A DNA stretch of 43,525 bases from Escherichia coli (GCF_003334255.1 NZ_QOWU01000046.1), one strand, 5' to 3'. Shown: positions 28,765 through 40,048, numbered from the stretch's first letter. The notes: a model not told the origin generated them from the letters alone. Program-made: numbers and translations.

Positions 28765-31044
28765 ATGAAGAAAAAAATTGAATCCTACCAGGGTGCTGCA
28801 GGTGGTTGGGGTGCTGTTAAATCCGTAGCGAATGCAGTACGTAAGCAGATGGATATACGCCAGGATGTTATTGCCATGTTTGACATGAATAAGCCAGAGG
28901 GCTTTGACTGTCCGGGTTGTGCATGGCCAGATCCTAAGCACAGTGCGTCATTCGACATTTGTGAAAACGGCGCAAAAGCAATCGCCTGGGAAGTCACGGA
29001 TAAGCAGGTAAACGCCTCTTTCTTTGCTGAGAATACGGTTCAATCATTACTTACCTGGGGAGACCACGAGCTTGAGGCTGCGGGGCGACTCACTCAGCCT
29101 TTGAAATATGATGCCGTCAGCGACTGTTACAAGCCATTAAGCTGGCAACAAGCTTTCGACGAAATTGGCGCACGCCTTCAAAGCTATAGTGATCCCAATC
29201 AGGTTGAATTCTATACTTCGGGCCGCACTTCCAATGAAGCTGCCTTTCTTTATCAGCTTTTTGCCCGTGAATACGGGAGCAATAACTTTCCCGACTGCTC
29301 CAACATGTGCCATGAACCGACAAGCGTGGGTTTGGCAGCGAGTATCGGTGTAGGTAAAGGGACCGTGTTGCTGGAAGACTTTGAGAAGTGCGATTTAGTC
29401 ATTTGCATTGGGCATAACCCTGGTACAAACCACCCTCGCATGCTGACTTCGTTGCGCGCTTTAGTGAAACGGGGAGCGAAAATGATCGCCATCAATCCTC
29501 TACAGGAACGTGGCCTGGAGCGATTTACCGCACCGCAAAACCCGTTTGAAATGCTGACGAACTCTGAGACTCAGTTGGCCAGTGCCTACTATAACGTGCG
29601 CATTGGTGGCGATATGGCGTTGCTCAAGGGGATGATGCGCCTGTTAATTGAGCGCGATGATGCTGCAAGCGCCGCAGGTCGGCCTTCATTGCTTGATGAC
29701 GAGTTTATTCAAACGCATACCGTCGGCTTTGACGAGCTACGCCGTGACGTTCTCAATTCCGAGTGGAAAGATATCGAACGTATTTCTGGACTAAGTCAGA
29801 CACAAATCGCCGAACTGGCTGACGCATATGCCGCTGCCGAACGCACCATTATCTGTTACGGAATGGGGATCACTCAGCACGAACATGGTACCCAGAACGT
29901 ACAGCAACTGGTCAATCTGCTGTTGATGAAAGGTAACATTGGCAAGCCTGGTGCGGGTATCTGCCCACTACGTGGACACTCTAATGTACAGGGCGACCGA
30001 ACCGTCGGTATCACCGAGAAACCGTCTGCAGAGTTTCTGGCTCGTCTGGGTGAGCGCTATGGCTTCACCCCACCTCATGCACCTGGACATGCTGCAATTG
30101 CCAGCATGCAAGCAATATGTACGGGGCAGGCTCGAGCATTGATCTGCATGGGGGGCAATTTTGCGCTGGCAATGCCAGATCGGGAAGCGAGCGCTGTACC
30201 GTTAACGCAATTAGATTTGGCGGTACACGTAGCCACTAAGCTTAACCGCTCTCATCTGTTGACCGCACGGCATAGCTATATTCTGCCGGTCCTGGGACGT
30301 AGCGAGATTGACATGCAAAAAAACGGTGCGCAGGCGGTAACCGTTGAGGATTCAATGTCGATGATTCATGCCTCGCGTGGCGTGTTAAAACCCGCCGGTG
30401 TAATGCTGAAATCAGAGTGTGCAGTGGTCGCGGGAATCGCGCAGGCAGCACTACCCCAGAGCGTGGTAGCCTGGGAGTATCTGGTGGAAGATTATGATCG
30501 CATTCGCAATGACATTGAAGCTGTGCTGCCAGAGTTCGCCGACTATAACCAGCGCATCCGTCATCCCGGTGGTTTTCACCTGATAAATGCAGCTGCTGAA
30601 AGGCGCTGGATGACGCCGTCAGGTAAGGCTAATTTCATTACCAGCAAAGGGCTGTTAGAAGATCCCTCTTCAGCGTTTAACAGTAAGCTGGTCATGGCGA
30701 CAGTACGCAGCCACGATCAGTACAACACGACGATTTATGGTATGGATGATCGCTATCGAGGGGTATTCGGTCAACGAGATGTGGTCTTTATGAGTGCTAA
30801 ACAAGCTAAAATTTGCCGTGTAAAAAACGGCGAAAGAGTTAATCTTATTGCGCTTACGCCAGACGGTAAGCGCAGCTCACGCCGCATGGATAGATTAAAA
30901 GTGGTCATTTACCCTATGGCTGACCGCTCACTGGTGACCTATTTTCCAGAATCGAATCACATGCTAACACTTGATAACCACGATCCATTAAGTGGCATTC
31001 CTGGCTATAAAAGTATTCCGGTTGAATTAGAACCATCAAATTAA
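28765..31044 (+). CDS. ydeP: Molybdopterin oxidoreductase (formate-dehydrogenase-like), acid-resistance protein
   Basis: 759-aa ORF ([28 protein letters not shown]...) with an N-terminal Cys cluster (CPGCAW..C) typical of molybdopterin oxidoreductases. Confidence 0.9.
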   Translation: MKKKIESYQGAAGGWGAVKSVANAVRKQMDIRQDVIAMFDMNKPEGFDCPGCAWPDPKHSASFDICENGAKAIAWEVTDKQVNASFFAENTVQSLLTWGDHELEAAGRLTQPLKYDAVSDCYKPLSWQQAFDEIGARLQSYSDPNQVEFYTSGRTSNEAAFLYQLFAREYGSNNFPDCSNMCHEPTSVGLAASIGVGKGTVLLEDFEKCDLVICIGHNPGTNHPRMLTSLRALVKRGAKMIAINPLQERGLERFTAPQNPFEMLTNSETQLASAYYNVRIGGDMALLKGMMRLLIERDDAASAAGRPSLLDDEFIQTHTVGFDELRRDVLNSEWKDIERISGLSQTQIAELADAYAAAERTIICYGMGITQHEHGTQNVQQLVNLLLMKGNIGKPGAGICPLRGHSNVQGDRTVGITEKPSAEFLARLGERYGFTPPHAPGHAAIASMQAICTGQARALICMGGNFALAMPDREASAVPLTQLDLAVHVATKLNRSHLLTARHSYILPVLGRSEIDMQKNGAQAVTVEDSMSMIHASRGVLKPAGVMLKSECAVVAGIAQAALPQSVVAWEYLVEDYDRIRNDIEAVLPEFADYNQRIRHPGGFHLINAAAERRWMTPSGKANFITSKGLLEDPSSAFNSKLVMATVRSHDQYNTTIYGMDDRYRGVFGQRDVVFMSAKQAKICRVKNGERVNLIALTPDGKRSSRRMDRLKVVIYPMADRSLVTYFPESNHMLTLDNHDPLSGIPGYKSIPVELEPSN

Positions 31045-31057
31045 TGCCTCTTCTCAT

Positions 31058-31088
31058 TTCTTCTGCTGTCATCCGCACAGCAGAAGAA
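31058..31088 (+). terminator. Hairpin downstream of ydeP (weak U-tract)
   Basis: TTCTTCTGCTGT-(7-nt loop)-ACAGCAGAAGAA perfect 12-bp stem. Confidence 0.4.
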
Positions 31089-31162
31089 TTCCTCATTGAC
31101 TATTATTTCGCAATTTGCTCACATGGATTAAATTAAACTACATACTATAAGATATAAACTTC

Positions 31163-31180
31163 TGCCTACAGCTGTAAGAA
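31163..31180. promoter_or_regulatory. EvgA-box-like palindrome upstream of safA-ydeO
   Basis: TGCCTACA-GC-TGTAAGAA; the surrounding ~55 bp are closely similar to the ydeP upstream module at 28504-28560. Confidence 0.55.
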
Positions 31181-31291
31181 ACTCCGCTCAGTACTGAAGC
31201 ACCAGTCCTATTTCCTCTTTTCTCCAGCCTGTTATATTAAGCATACTGATTAACGATTTTTAACGTTATCCGCTAAATAAACATATTTGAA

Positions 31292-31489
31292 ATGCATGCG
31301 ACCACAGTGAAAAACAAAATCACGCAAAGAGACAACTATAAAGAAATCATGTCTGCAATTGTGGTTGTCTTATTACTGACACTTACGTTGATAGCCATTT
31401 TTTCGGCAATTGATCAGCTGAGTATTTCAGAAATGGGTCGCATTGCAAGAGATCTTACACATTTCATTATCAATAGTTTGCAAGGCTGA
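31292..31489 (+). CDS. safA: Small membrane connector protein SafA (EvgS-to-PhoQ signalling)
   Basis: 65-aa ORF (MHATTVKNKITQRDNYKEIMSAIVVVLLLTLTLIAIFSAIDQL...) with a single transmembrane segment, immediately upstream of ydeO. Confidence 0.85.
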   Translation: MHATTVKNKITQRDNYKEIMSAIVVVLLLTLTLIAIFSAIDQLSISEMGRIARDLTHFIINSLQG

Positions 31490-31563
31490 AAACAAACAGC
31501 AAATTATAAATATGAAATGTTAAAAAAGTATCGATAAAAACTTTATTGTTTTAAGGAGATAAA

Positions 31564-32325
31564 ATGTCGCTCGTTTGTTCTGTTATATTTATTCATCATG
31601 CCTTCAACGCTAACATTTTAGATAAAGATTACGCCTTCTCTGACGGCGAGATCCTGATGGTAGATAACGCTGTTCGTACGCATTTTGAACCTTATGAGCG
31701 GCATTTTAAAGAGATCGGATTTACTGAAAATACCATTAAAAAATATCTACAATGCACTAACATCCAGACAGTGACGGTGCCTGTTCCTGCGAAGTTTTTA
31801 CGTGCTTCAAATGTACCGACTGGATTGCTTAATGAAATGATTGCTTATCTCAACTCGGAAGAACGCAATCATCATAATTTTTCAGAACTTTTGCTTTTTT
31901 CTTGCCTGTCTATTTTTGCCGCATGCAAAGGTTTCATTACACTATTAACTAACGGTGTGCTATCCGTTTCTGGGAAAGTGAGAAATATTGTCAACATGAA
32001 GCTGGCGCACCCATGGAAGCTGAAAGATATTTGTGACTGCCTGTACATCAGTGAAAGCCTGTTGAAGAAAAAACTTAAGCAAGAGCAAACGACATTCTCA
32101 CAGATTCTTTTAGATGCAAGAATGCAGCACGCAAAAAATTTGATACGCGTAGAAGGTTCAGTCAATAAAATTGCCGAACAATGTGGTTATGCCAGTACAT
32201 CTTATTTTATTTATGCGTTCCGCAAACATTTCGGCAACAGTCCGAAGAGAGTTTCTAAGGAGTACCGTTGTCAAAGTCACACGGGTATGAATACGGGCAA
32301 CACGATGAATGCTTTAGCTATTTGA
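31564..32325 (+). CDS. ydeO: AraC-family acid-resistance regulator YdeO
   Basis: 253-aa ORF with a C-terminal AraC-type HTH (IAEQCGYASTSYFIYAFRKHFGNSPK). Confidence 0.9.
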   Translation: MSLVCSVIFIHHAFNANILDKDYAFSDGEILMVDNAVRTHFEPYERHFKEIGFTENTIKKYLQCTNIQTVTVPVPAKFLRASNVPTGLLNEMIAYLNSEERNHHNFSELLLFSCLSIFAACKGFITLLTNGVLSVSGKVRNIVNMKLAHPWKLKDICDCLYISESLLKKKLKQEQTTFSQILLDARMQHAKNLIRVEGSVNKIAEQCGYASTSYFIYAFRKHFGNSPKRVSKEYRCQSHTGMNTGNTMNALAI

Positions 32326-32373
32326 TTATTTGCTAACGAGTAGTCAACCACACACGCTGCGTAAGAATTAAAT

Positions 32374-32406
32374 GGGGCAGCCATTCCCTGCCCCGCGTTG
32401 TTTTTA
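32374..32406 (+). terminator. Rho-independent terminator downstream of ydeO
   Basis: GGGGCAG-ccattcc-CTGCCCC stem followed by GCGTTGTTTTT. Confidence 0.7.
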
Positions 32407-32726
32407 GGCGATATATTTATTGAAATAAATAAGTGACATCCATCACATATTTATGCACTTGCATAACCTGTTGCATGATTATTTATGATCTCAATTCTGC
32501 ATTTTGTCAGTAAAATGCAATAATTTATTAAATATCAATAAATTAGTTGTTTATCGGCGAGAAATTACTTAATAGAACAGAAAGTAATGTCAACGCTTTA
32601 TGGACTGTTTTTTCCCTTTTTTTAGCTAAATCTGCTATCTCTTTATGTGACTAACTTCACTTACATCCACTTATTTCTCTTCGTAAAATTACTTTGGAAT
32701 TAAGTACAATAAGAAGAGGAACATTT

Positions 32727-34409
32727 ATGAAGTCTGCATTAAAGAAAAGTGTCGTAAGTACCTCGATATCTTTGATACTGGCATCTGGTATGGCTGCATT
32801 TGCTGCTCATGCGGCAGATGATGTAAAGCTGAAAGCAACCAAAACAAACGTTGCTTTCTCAGACTTTACGCCGACAGAATACAGTACCAAAGGAAAGCCA
32901 AATATTATCGTACTGACCATGGATGATCTTGGTTATGGACAACTTCCTTTTGATAAGGGATCTTTTGACCCAAAAACAATGGAAAATCGTGAAGTTGTCG
33001 ATACCTACAAAATAGGGATAGATAAAGCCATTGAAGCTGCACAAAAATCAACGCCGACGCTCCTTTCATTAATGGATGAAGGCGTACGTTTTACTAACGG
33101 CTATGTGGCACACGGTGTTTCCGGCCCCTCCCGCGCCGCAATAATGACCGGTCGAGCTCCCGCCCGCTTTGGTGTCTATTCCAATACCGATGCTCAGGAT
33201 GGTATTCCGCTAACAGAAACTTTCTTGCCTGAATTATTCCAGAATCATGGTTATTACACTGCAGCAGTAGGTAAATGGCACTTGTCAAAAATCAGTAATG
33301 TGCCGGTACCGGAAGATAAACAAACGCGTGACTATCATGACAACTTCACCACATTTTCTGCGGAAGAATGGCAACCTCAAAACCGTGGCTTTGATTACTT
33401 TATGGGATTCCACGCTGCAGGAACGGCATATTACAACTCCCCTTCACTGTTCAAAAATCGTGAACGTGTCCCCGCAAAAGGTTATATCAGCGATCAGTTA
33501 ACCGATGAGGCAATTGGCGTTGTTGATCGTGCCAAAACACTTGACCAGCCTTTTATGCTTTACCTGGCTTATAATGCTCCGCACCTGCCAAATGATAATC
33601 CTGCACCGGATCAATATCAGAAGCAATTTAATACCGGTAGTCAAACAGCAGATAACTACTACGCTTCCGTTTATTCTGTTGATCAGGGTGTAAAACGCAT
33701 TCTCGAACAACTGAAGAAAAACGGACAGTATGACAATACAATTATTCTCTTTACCTCCGATAATGGTGCGGTTATCGATGGTCCTCTGCCGCTGAACGGG
33801 GCGCAAAAAGGCTATAAGAGTCAGACCTATCCTGGCGGTACTCACACCCCAATGTTTATGTGGTGGAAAGGAAAACTTCAACCCGGTAATTATGACAAGC
33901 TGATTTCCGCAATGGATTTCTACCCGACAGCTCTTGATGCAGCCGATATCAGCATTCCAAAAGACCTTAAGCTGGATGGCGTTTCCTTGCTGCCCTGGTT
34001 GCAAGATAAGAAACAAGGCGAGCCACATAAAAATCTGACCTGGATAACCTCTTATTCTCACTGGTTTGACGAGGAAAATATTCCATTCTGGGATAATTAC
34101 CACAAATTTGTTCGCCATCAGTCAGACGATTACCCGCATAACCCCAACACTGAGGACTTAAGCCAATTCTCTTATACGGTGAGAAATAACGATTATTCGC
34201 TTGTCTATACAGTAGAAAACAATCAGTTAGGTCTCTACAAACTGACGGATCTACAGCAAAAAGATAACCTTGCCGCCGCCAATCCGCAGGTCGTTAAAGA
34301 GATGCAAGGCGTGGTAAGAGAGTTTATCGACAGCAGCCAGCCACCGCTTAGCGAGGTAAATCAGGAGAAGTTTAACAATATCAAGAAAGCACTAAGCGAA
34401 GCGAAATAA
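32727..34409 (+). CDS. ydeN: Periplasmic sulfatase
   Basis: 560-aa ORF. Start chosen at ATG 32727 (MKSALKK..., AGAGGA RBS 6 nt upstream) rather than the upstream TTG; signal peptide plus sulfatase-family features. Confidence 0.88.
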   Translation: MKSALKKSVVSTSISLILASGMAAFAAHAADDVKLKATKTNVAFSDFTPTEYSTKGKPNIIVLTMDDLGYGQLPFDKGSFDPKTMENREVVDTYKIGIDKAIEAAQKSTPTLLSLMDEGVRFTNGYVAHGVSGPSRAAIMTGRAPARFGVYSNTDAQDGIPLTETFLPELFQNHGYYTAAVGKWHLSKISNVPVPEDKQTRDYHDNFTTFSAEEWQPQNRGFDYFMGFHAAGTAYYNSPSLFKNRERVPAKGYISDQLTDEAIGVVDRAKTLDQPFMLYLAYNAPHLPNDNPAPDQYQKQFNTGSQTADNYYASVYSVDQGVKRILEQLKKNGQYDNTIILFTSDNGAVIDGPLPLNGAQKGYKSQTYPGGTHTPMFMWWKGKLQPGNYDKLISAMDFYPTALDAADISIPKDLKLDGVSLLPWLQDKKQGEPHKNLTWITSYSHWFDEENIPFWDNYHKFVRHQSDDYPHNPNTEDLSQFSYTVRNNDYSLVYTVENNQLGLYKLTDLQQKDNLAAANPQVVKEMQGVVREFIDSSQPPLSEVNQEKFNNIKKALSEAK

Positions 34410-34421
34410 CTAAACCTTCAT

Positions 34422-34447
34422 GCGGCGGATTTTTCCGCCGCCTTATT
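34422..34447 (+). terminator. Hairpin downstream of ydeN
   Basis: GCGGCGG-atttttc-CCGCCGC stem followed by CTTATTG (short U-tract); lies just upstream of the ydeM start. Confidence 0.5.
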
Positions 34448-34460
34448 GAGCGAGATAGCG

Positions 34461-35618
34461 ATGCACGTTACAGCCAAGCCCTCCAGTTTTCAATGTAATC
34501 TCAAATGTGATTACTGTTTTTACCTTGAAAAAGAGTCGCAGTTTACTCATGAAAAATGGATGGATGACAGCACTCTGAAAGAGTTCATCAAACAATATAT
34601 CGCAGCGTCTGGCAATCAGGTCTATTTTACCTGGCAAGGCGGTGAACCCACTCTGGCTGGCCTGGATTTTTTCCGTAAAGTTATTCACTATCAACAACGC
34701 TATGCAGGCCAAAAACGTATTTTTAATGCATTACAAACGAATGGCATTTTATTGAATAATGAATGGTGTGCCTTTCTCAAAGAACATGAATTTCTGGTTG
34801 GTATCTCGATCGATGGCCCCCAGGAGTTACATGACCGTTACAGACGCAGTAATTCAGGTAACGGTACTTTTGCAAAAGTGATAGCAGCCATCGAGCGTCT
34901 GAAATCATATCAAGTAGAGTTTAATACGTTAACCGTCATTAATAACGTTAATGTCCATTACCCTCTTGAGGTTTATCATTTTTTAAAATCTATCGGCAGT
35001 AAACATATGCAATTTATCGAATTGCTAGAAACCGGGACGCCGAATATTGATTTCAGTGGTCATAGTGAGAACACATTCCGTATCATTGATTTTTCTGTGC
35101 CTCCCACGGCTTATGGCAAGTTTATGTCAACCATTTTTATGCAATGGGTTAAAAACGATGTGGGTGAAATTTTCATCCGTCAGTTTGAAAGCTTTGTCAG
35201 CCGTTTTTTGGGGAATGGGCATACCAGTTGTATTTTCCAGGAGTCCTGCAAGGATAATCTGGTTGTTGAAAGTAATGGAGACATTTACGAATGCGACCAT
35301 TTTGTCTATCCACAGTACAAAATTGGAAACATTAATAAATCTGAACTCAAAACGATGAACAGTGTACAACTGACAGCGCAAAAAAAACGGATTCCAGCGA
35401 AATGTCAGCAATGTGCATATAAACCTATCTGCAATGGCGGTTGTCCTAAGCATCGTATTACTAAAGTAAACAATGAGACTGTTTCTTATTTTTGCGAAGG
35501 TTATAAAATCCTTTTTTCAACCATGGTACCTTATATGAACGCCATGGTAGAGTTAGCTAAGAACAGAGTACCGCTTTACCACATTATGGATGTTGCAAAA
35601 CAAATGGAGAATAATTAA
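34461..35618 (+). CDS. ydeM: Anaerobic sulfatase-maturating enzyme homolog (radical SAM)
   Basis: 385-aa ORF starting [21 protein letters not shown] (CxxxCxxC radical-SAM cluster) with additional C-terminal Cys clusters typical of SPASM/anSME proteins. Confidence 0.88.
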
Positions 35619-35671
35619 TAACGCTCTCTTTTAACTCCATTCTTAGCCTCCTTCTTATGACCTTAACAAGG

Positions 35672-35703
35672 CACCCGACATAAATTCCTGTCGGGTGTTT
35701 CGT
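35672..35703 (+). terminator. Rho-independent terminator downstream of ydeM
   Basis: CACCCGACA-(8-nt loop)-TGTCGGGTG stem followed by TTTCG. Confidence 0.6.
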
Positions 35704-35908
35704 CATCATCATCTTCCCTTGCGAAAATCCTGGCTTACGTGGTATGCATCAGGGCATTAGCAATATCCTTGATTATCAATAGCATAACCATAACCACTGA
35801 AAATGAAATATTCCTTTATATTTCATATTGTTAAATGATACTTAAATAAATTTCATCAGTAAATCATTGCCATAGATAATCATTGGATGGCACAATCAAT
35901 TTTCGCTA

Positions 35909-37594
35909 ATGATAACCATTCCCATTACGCTTCGTATGTTGATAGCAAAGTATCTCTGTCTGTTGAAGCCCTTTTGGCTGCGTAAGAATAATAAAACTTC
36001 AGTGTTGTTAATCATTATTATCCTCGCCATGATCCTTGGCGTGGTTAAAATTCAGGTCTGGTTAAACGACTGGAATAATGATTTTTTCAATGCGCTAAGC
36101 CAGAAAGAAACCGATAAGCTTTGGCAGCTTGTCCTTTGGTTCCCTGCCCTGCTGGGGATCTTTGTATTAATATCCGTAAACAAAACATGGTTAATTAAAC
36201 TACTGACTATTCGCTGGCGCGAATGGTTAACAGATTACTACCTTAATCGGTGGTTTGCAGATAAAAACTACTACTTCACGCAGATCTACGGCGAGCATAA
36301 AAATACAGATAACCCTGACCAACGTATCGCTGAAGACATTCTCTTACTGATCAGCAAAACGCTCAGTCTTTCATTTGGCTTCATCCAGTCACTTAGCATG
36401 CTGATCACCTTTACCGTTATTCTTTGGGAAAGCGCGGGTACGCTCTCATTCACTGTTGGTGGAACAGAATGGAATATCCAGGGGTATATGGTCTATACCG
36501 TCGTGCTCATTGTGATCGGTGGAACTTTATTTACCCATAAGGTGGGTAAACGTATTCGTCCGCTTAATGTGGAAAAACAACGTAGCGAAGCGACATTTCG
36601 AACAAATCTTGTGCAGCATAATAAGCAGGCAGAACTGATTGCGCTAAGCAATGCTGAGTCTCTACAACGCCAGGAGTTGAGCGACAATTTTCATACCATT
36701 AAAGAGAACTGGCATCGTTTAATGAATCGTCAGCGGTGGCTTGATTACTGGCAGAATATTTATTCGCGCTCGCTTAGCGTTCTTCCCTACTTTCTGTTAT
36801 TGCCGCAGTTTATTAGCGGGCAGATCAATCTGGGCGGACTGATGAAATCGCGCCAGGCATTTATGCTGGTATCGAACAATTTAAGCTGGTTTATTTATAA
36901 ATATGACGAACTTGCTGAACTGGCTGCGGTTATCGATCGCTTGTATGAGTTCCATCAACTCACTGAACAGCGCCCTACGAATAAGCCTAAAAATTGCCAA
37001 CATGCGGTACAAGTGGCTGATGCGAGTATTCGTACGCCTGATAATAAGATCATATTAGAGAACCTGAACTTTCATGTTTCGCCAGGCAAATGGCTATTAC
37101 TGAAAGGCTACTCTGGTGCGGGAAAAACCACACTGCTTAAAACATTATCCCACTGCTGGCCGTGGTTTAAAGGTGATATTTCTTCTCCTGCTGACAGTTG
37201 GTATGTGTCACAAACACCGTTAATCAAAACCGGCTTACTGAAAGAGATTATTTGTAAAGCACTTCCCCTGCCCGTAGACGATAAATCGTTGAGCGAAGTA
37301 CTGCATCAGGTTGGTCTTGGGAAATTGGCTGCGCGTATTCATGACCACGATCGCTGGGGAGATATTCTTTCCAGCGGCGAAAAACAACGTATCGCCCTGG
37401 CACGATTAATTTTACGACGTCCGAAATGGATATTTCTTGACGAAACTACCTCTCATCTTGAGGAACAAGAGGCTATCCGCTTACTGCGTTTAGTGCGTGA
37501 AAAACTACCCACAAGCGGCGTCATTATGGTTACACATCAACCCGGTGTCTGGAACCTGGCCGATGATATTTGTGACATTAGCGCGGTTTTATAA
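35909..37594 (+). CDS. yddA: Fused permease-ATPase ABC transporter
   Basis: 561-aa ORF with an N-terminal transmembrane domain and a C-terminal nucleotide-binding domain (Walker A GYSGAGKTT; signature LSSGEKQR). Confidence 0.9.
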   Translation: MITIPITLRMLIAKYLCLLKPFWLRKNNKTSVLLIIIILAMILGVVKIQVWLNDWNNDFFNALSQKETDKLWQLVLWFPALLGIFVLISVNKTWLIKLLTIRWREWLTDYYLNRWFADKNYYFTQIYGEHKNTDNPDQRIAEDILLLISKTLSLSFGFIQSLSMLITFTVILWESAGTLSFTVGGTEWNIQGYMVYTVVLIVIGGTLFTHKVGKRIRPLNVEKQRSEATFRTNLVQHNKQAELIALSNAESLQRQELSDNFHTIKENWHRLMNRQRWLDYWQNIYSRSLSVLPYFLLLPQFISGQINLGGLMKSRQAFMLVSNNLSWFIYKYDELAELAAVIDRLYEFHQLTEQRPTNKPKNCQHAVQVADASIRTPDNKIILENLNFHVSPGKWLLLKGYSGAGKTTLLKTLSHCWPWFKGDISSPADSWYVSQTPLIKTGLLKEIICKALPLPVDDKSLSEVLHQVGLGKLAARIHDHDRWGDILSSGEKQRIALARLILRRPKWIFLDETTSHLEEQEAIRLLRLVREKLPTSGVIMVTHQPGVWNLADDICDISAVL

Positions 37595-37631
37595 AAACAA
37601 TAAAAGCCCTGCTGTACGGAGATATAAATAA

Positions 37632-40004
37632 ATGAAGCGAGTTCTTATTCCTGGCGTCATTTTATGTGGCGCTGATGTGGCGCAGGCCGTCGATGACAAA
37701 AACATGTACATGCATTTTTTTGAAGAGATGACGGTCTATGCTCCTGTCCCTGTACCCGTAAACGGCAACACGCATTACACCAGTGAAAGCATCGAGCGTT
37801 TACCGACCGGGAATGGCAATATCAGCGATCTGCTGAGAACCAACCCTGCGGTACGCATGGATTCAACGCAAAGTACCTCGTTGAACCAGGGAGATATTCG
37901 CCCTGAGAAAATCTCTATTCACGGTGCGTCGCCCTACCAGAATGCCTATTTGATTGACGGTATTAGTGCAACTAATAACCTGAACCCAGCGAATGAGTCC
38001 GATGCCAGTAGTGCAACCAATATTAGCGGGATGTCACAGGGGTATTATCTTGATGTCAGCTTACTGGACAATGTGACGCTTTATGACAGTTTTGTGCCGG
38101 TTGAATTTGGTCGCTTCAATGGCGGGGTAATTGATGCAAAGATCAAACGCTTCAACGCTGATGATAGCAAGGTGAAATTGGGTTATCGCACTACGCGTTC
38201 GGACTGGTTAACATCGCATATCGATGAGAATAACAAGAGCGCATTTAATCAAGGCTCTTCAGGAAGTACTTATTACTCCCCAGATTTTAAAAAGAACTTT
38301 TATACCTTGTCGTTTAATCAGGAACTCGCTGATAACTTCGGCGTTACCGCCGGTTTATCGCGCCGCCAGTCTGATATCACCCGCGCGGATTATGTTTCGA
38401 ATGACGGCATTGTCGCCGGTCGGGCACAGTATAAAAACGTTATCGATACTGCATTAAGCAAATTTACCTGGTTTGCCAGCGACCGCTTTACCCACGATTT
38501 AACCTTAAAATATACCGGCTCCAGCCGTGATTATAATACCAGCACCTTCCCGCAGTCTGATCGCGAAATGGGTAATAAATCCTATGGTCTGGCATGGGAT
38601 ATGGATACGCAGCTCGCATGGGCCAAACTGCGTACCACCGTTGGTTGGGATCATATTAGTGATTATACCCGTCACGATCATGACATCTGGTACACCGAAC
38701 TTTCATGTACATATGGTGATATTACAGGGCGTTGCACCCGTGGCGGATTAGGACACATTTCCCAGGCTGTAGATAATTACACCTTCAAAACACGCCTGGA
38801 CTGGCAAAAATTCGCCGTGGGTAATGTTTCGCATCAACCCTACTTCGGCGCGGAATACATCTATTCCGATGCGTGGACTGAACGCCATAACCAGTCTGAA
38901 TCCTATGTGATTAATGCTGCCGGAAAGAAAACTAACCATACCATTTACCATAAAGGTAAAGGCCGCCTGGGAATTGACAACTACACGCTGTATATGGCGG
39001 ATCGCATTAGCTGGCGTAATGTGTCATTAATGCCCGGCGTGCGGTATGACTATGACAACTATCTGTCAAACCACAATATCTCCCCGCGCTTTATGACGGA
39101 ATGGGATATTTTTGCTAATCAAACCTCAATGATTACAGCAGGTTATAACCGTTACTATGGCGGGAATATTCTTGATATGGGATTACGTGATATCCGCAAT
39201 AGCTGGACGGAATCGGTATCAGGTAATAAAACTCTGACGCGTTATCAGGATTTGAAAACGCCTTATAACGATGAACTGGCAATGGGATTGCAGCAGAAAA
39301 TCGGTAAGAACGTTATTGCGCGTGCAAACTATGTTTACCGTGAAGCGCATGATCAAATCAGCAAAAGCAGTCGTACCGACAGCGCGACTAAAACCACCAT
39401 TACTGAATATAACAACGATGGCAAAACCAAAACGCATTCGTTCAGCCTCAGTTTTGAACTGGCCGAACCCCTGCATATCCGCCAGGTAGATATTAACCCA
39501 CAAATTGTCTTTAGCTATATCAAGAGCAAGGGCAACTTGTCGTTAAACAATGGTTATGAGGAGAGCAATACCGGTGATAACCAGGTGGTTTATAACGGTA
39601 ATCTGGTCTCTTACGATAGCGTTCCAGTGGCAGATTTTAATAACCCATTAAAGATCTCCTTAAACATGGATTTCACGCATCAACCGAGCGGGTTAGTGTG
39701 GGCGAATACGCTGGCCTGGCAAGAAGCGCGTAAAGCTCGCATTATCCTTGGTAAGACAAATGCGCAATACATCAGCGAATATTCAGATTACAAGCAGTAT
39801 GTTGACGAAAAACTGGATAGCAGCCTGACCTGGGACACCCGCTTGTCCTGGACGCCACAATTTCTGCAACAACAAAACCTGACGATCAGTGCCGATATTC
39901 TCAATGTACTGGATAGCAAAACCGCTGTTGATACAACGAACACCGGTGTGGCGACCTACGCCAGTGGCCGTACTTTCTGGCTTGATGTCAGCATGAAATT
40001 TTAA
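37632..40004 (+). CDS. yddB: TonB-dependent-receptor-like outer-membrane beta-barrel protein
   Basis: 790-aa ORF with the beta-strand-rich, aromatic-rich composition of an outer-membrane barrel; C-terminus ends ...WLDVSMKF. Confidence 0.88.
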   Translation: MKRVLIPGVILCGADVAQAVDDKNMYMHFFEEMTVYAPVPVPVNGNTHYTSESIERLPTGNGNISDLLRTNPAVRMDSTQSTSLNQGDIRPEKISIHGASPYQNAYLIDGISATNNLNPANESDASSATNISGMSQGYYLDVSLLDNVTLYDSFVPVEFGRFNGGVIDAKIKRFNADDSKVKLGYRTTRSDWLTSHIDENNKSAFNQGSSGSTYYSPDFKKNFYTLSFNQELADNFGVTAGLSRRQSDITRADYVSNDGIVAGRAQYKNVIDTALSKFTWFASDRFTHDLTLKYTGSSRDYNTSTFPQSDREMGNKSYGLAWDMDTQLAWAKLRTTVGWDHISDYTRHDHDIWYTELSCTYGDITGRCTRGGLGHISQAVDNYTFKTRLDWQKFAVGNVSHQPYFGAEYIYSDAWTERHNQSESYVINAAGKKTNHTIYHKGKGRLGIDNYTLYMADRISWRNVSLMPGVRYDYDNYLSNHNISPRFMTEWDIFANQTSMITAGYNRYYGGNILDMGLRDIRNSWTESVSGNKTLTRYQDLKTPYNDELAMGLQQKIGKNVIARANYVYREAHDQISKSSRTDSATKTTITEYNNDGKTKTHSFSLSFELAEPLHIRQVDINPQIVFSYIKSKGNLSLNNGYEESNTGDNQVVYNGNLVSYDSVPVADFNNPLKISLNMDFTHQPSGLVWANTLAWQEARKARIILGKTNAQYISEYSDYKQYVDEKLDSSLTWDTRLSWTPQFLQQQNLTISADILNVLDSKTAVDTTNTGVATYASGRTFWLDVSMKF

Positions 40005-40048
40005 TAGTTCGGATTTTACTTAACCGGGTAAATTCGCCCGGTTTTCGC

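Noticed and set aside
33498-34118. 206-aa minus-strand ORF inside ydeN
   Set aside because: Antisense to the sulfatase gene; no start context or domain signal.
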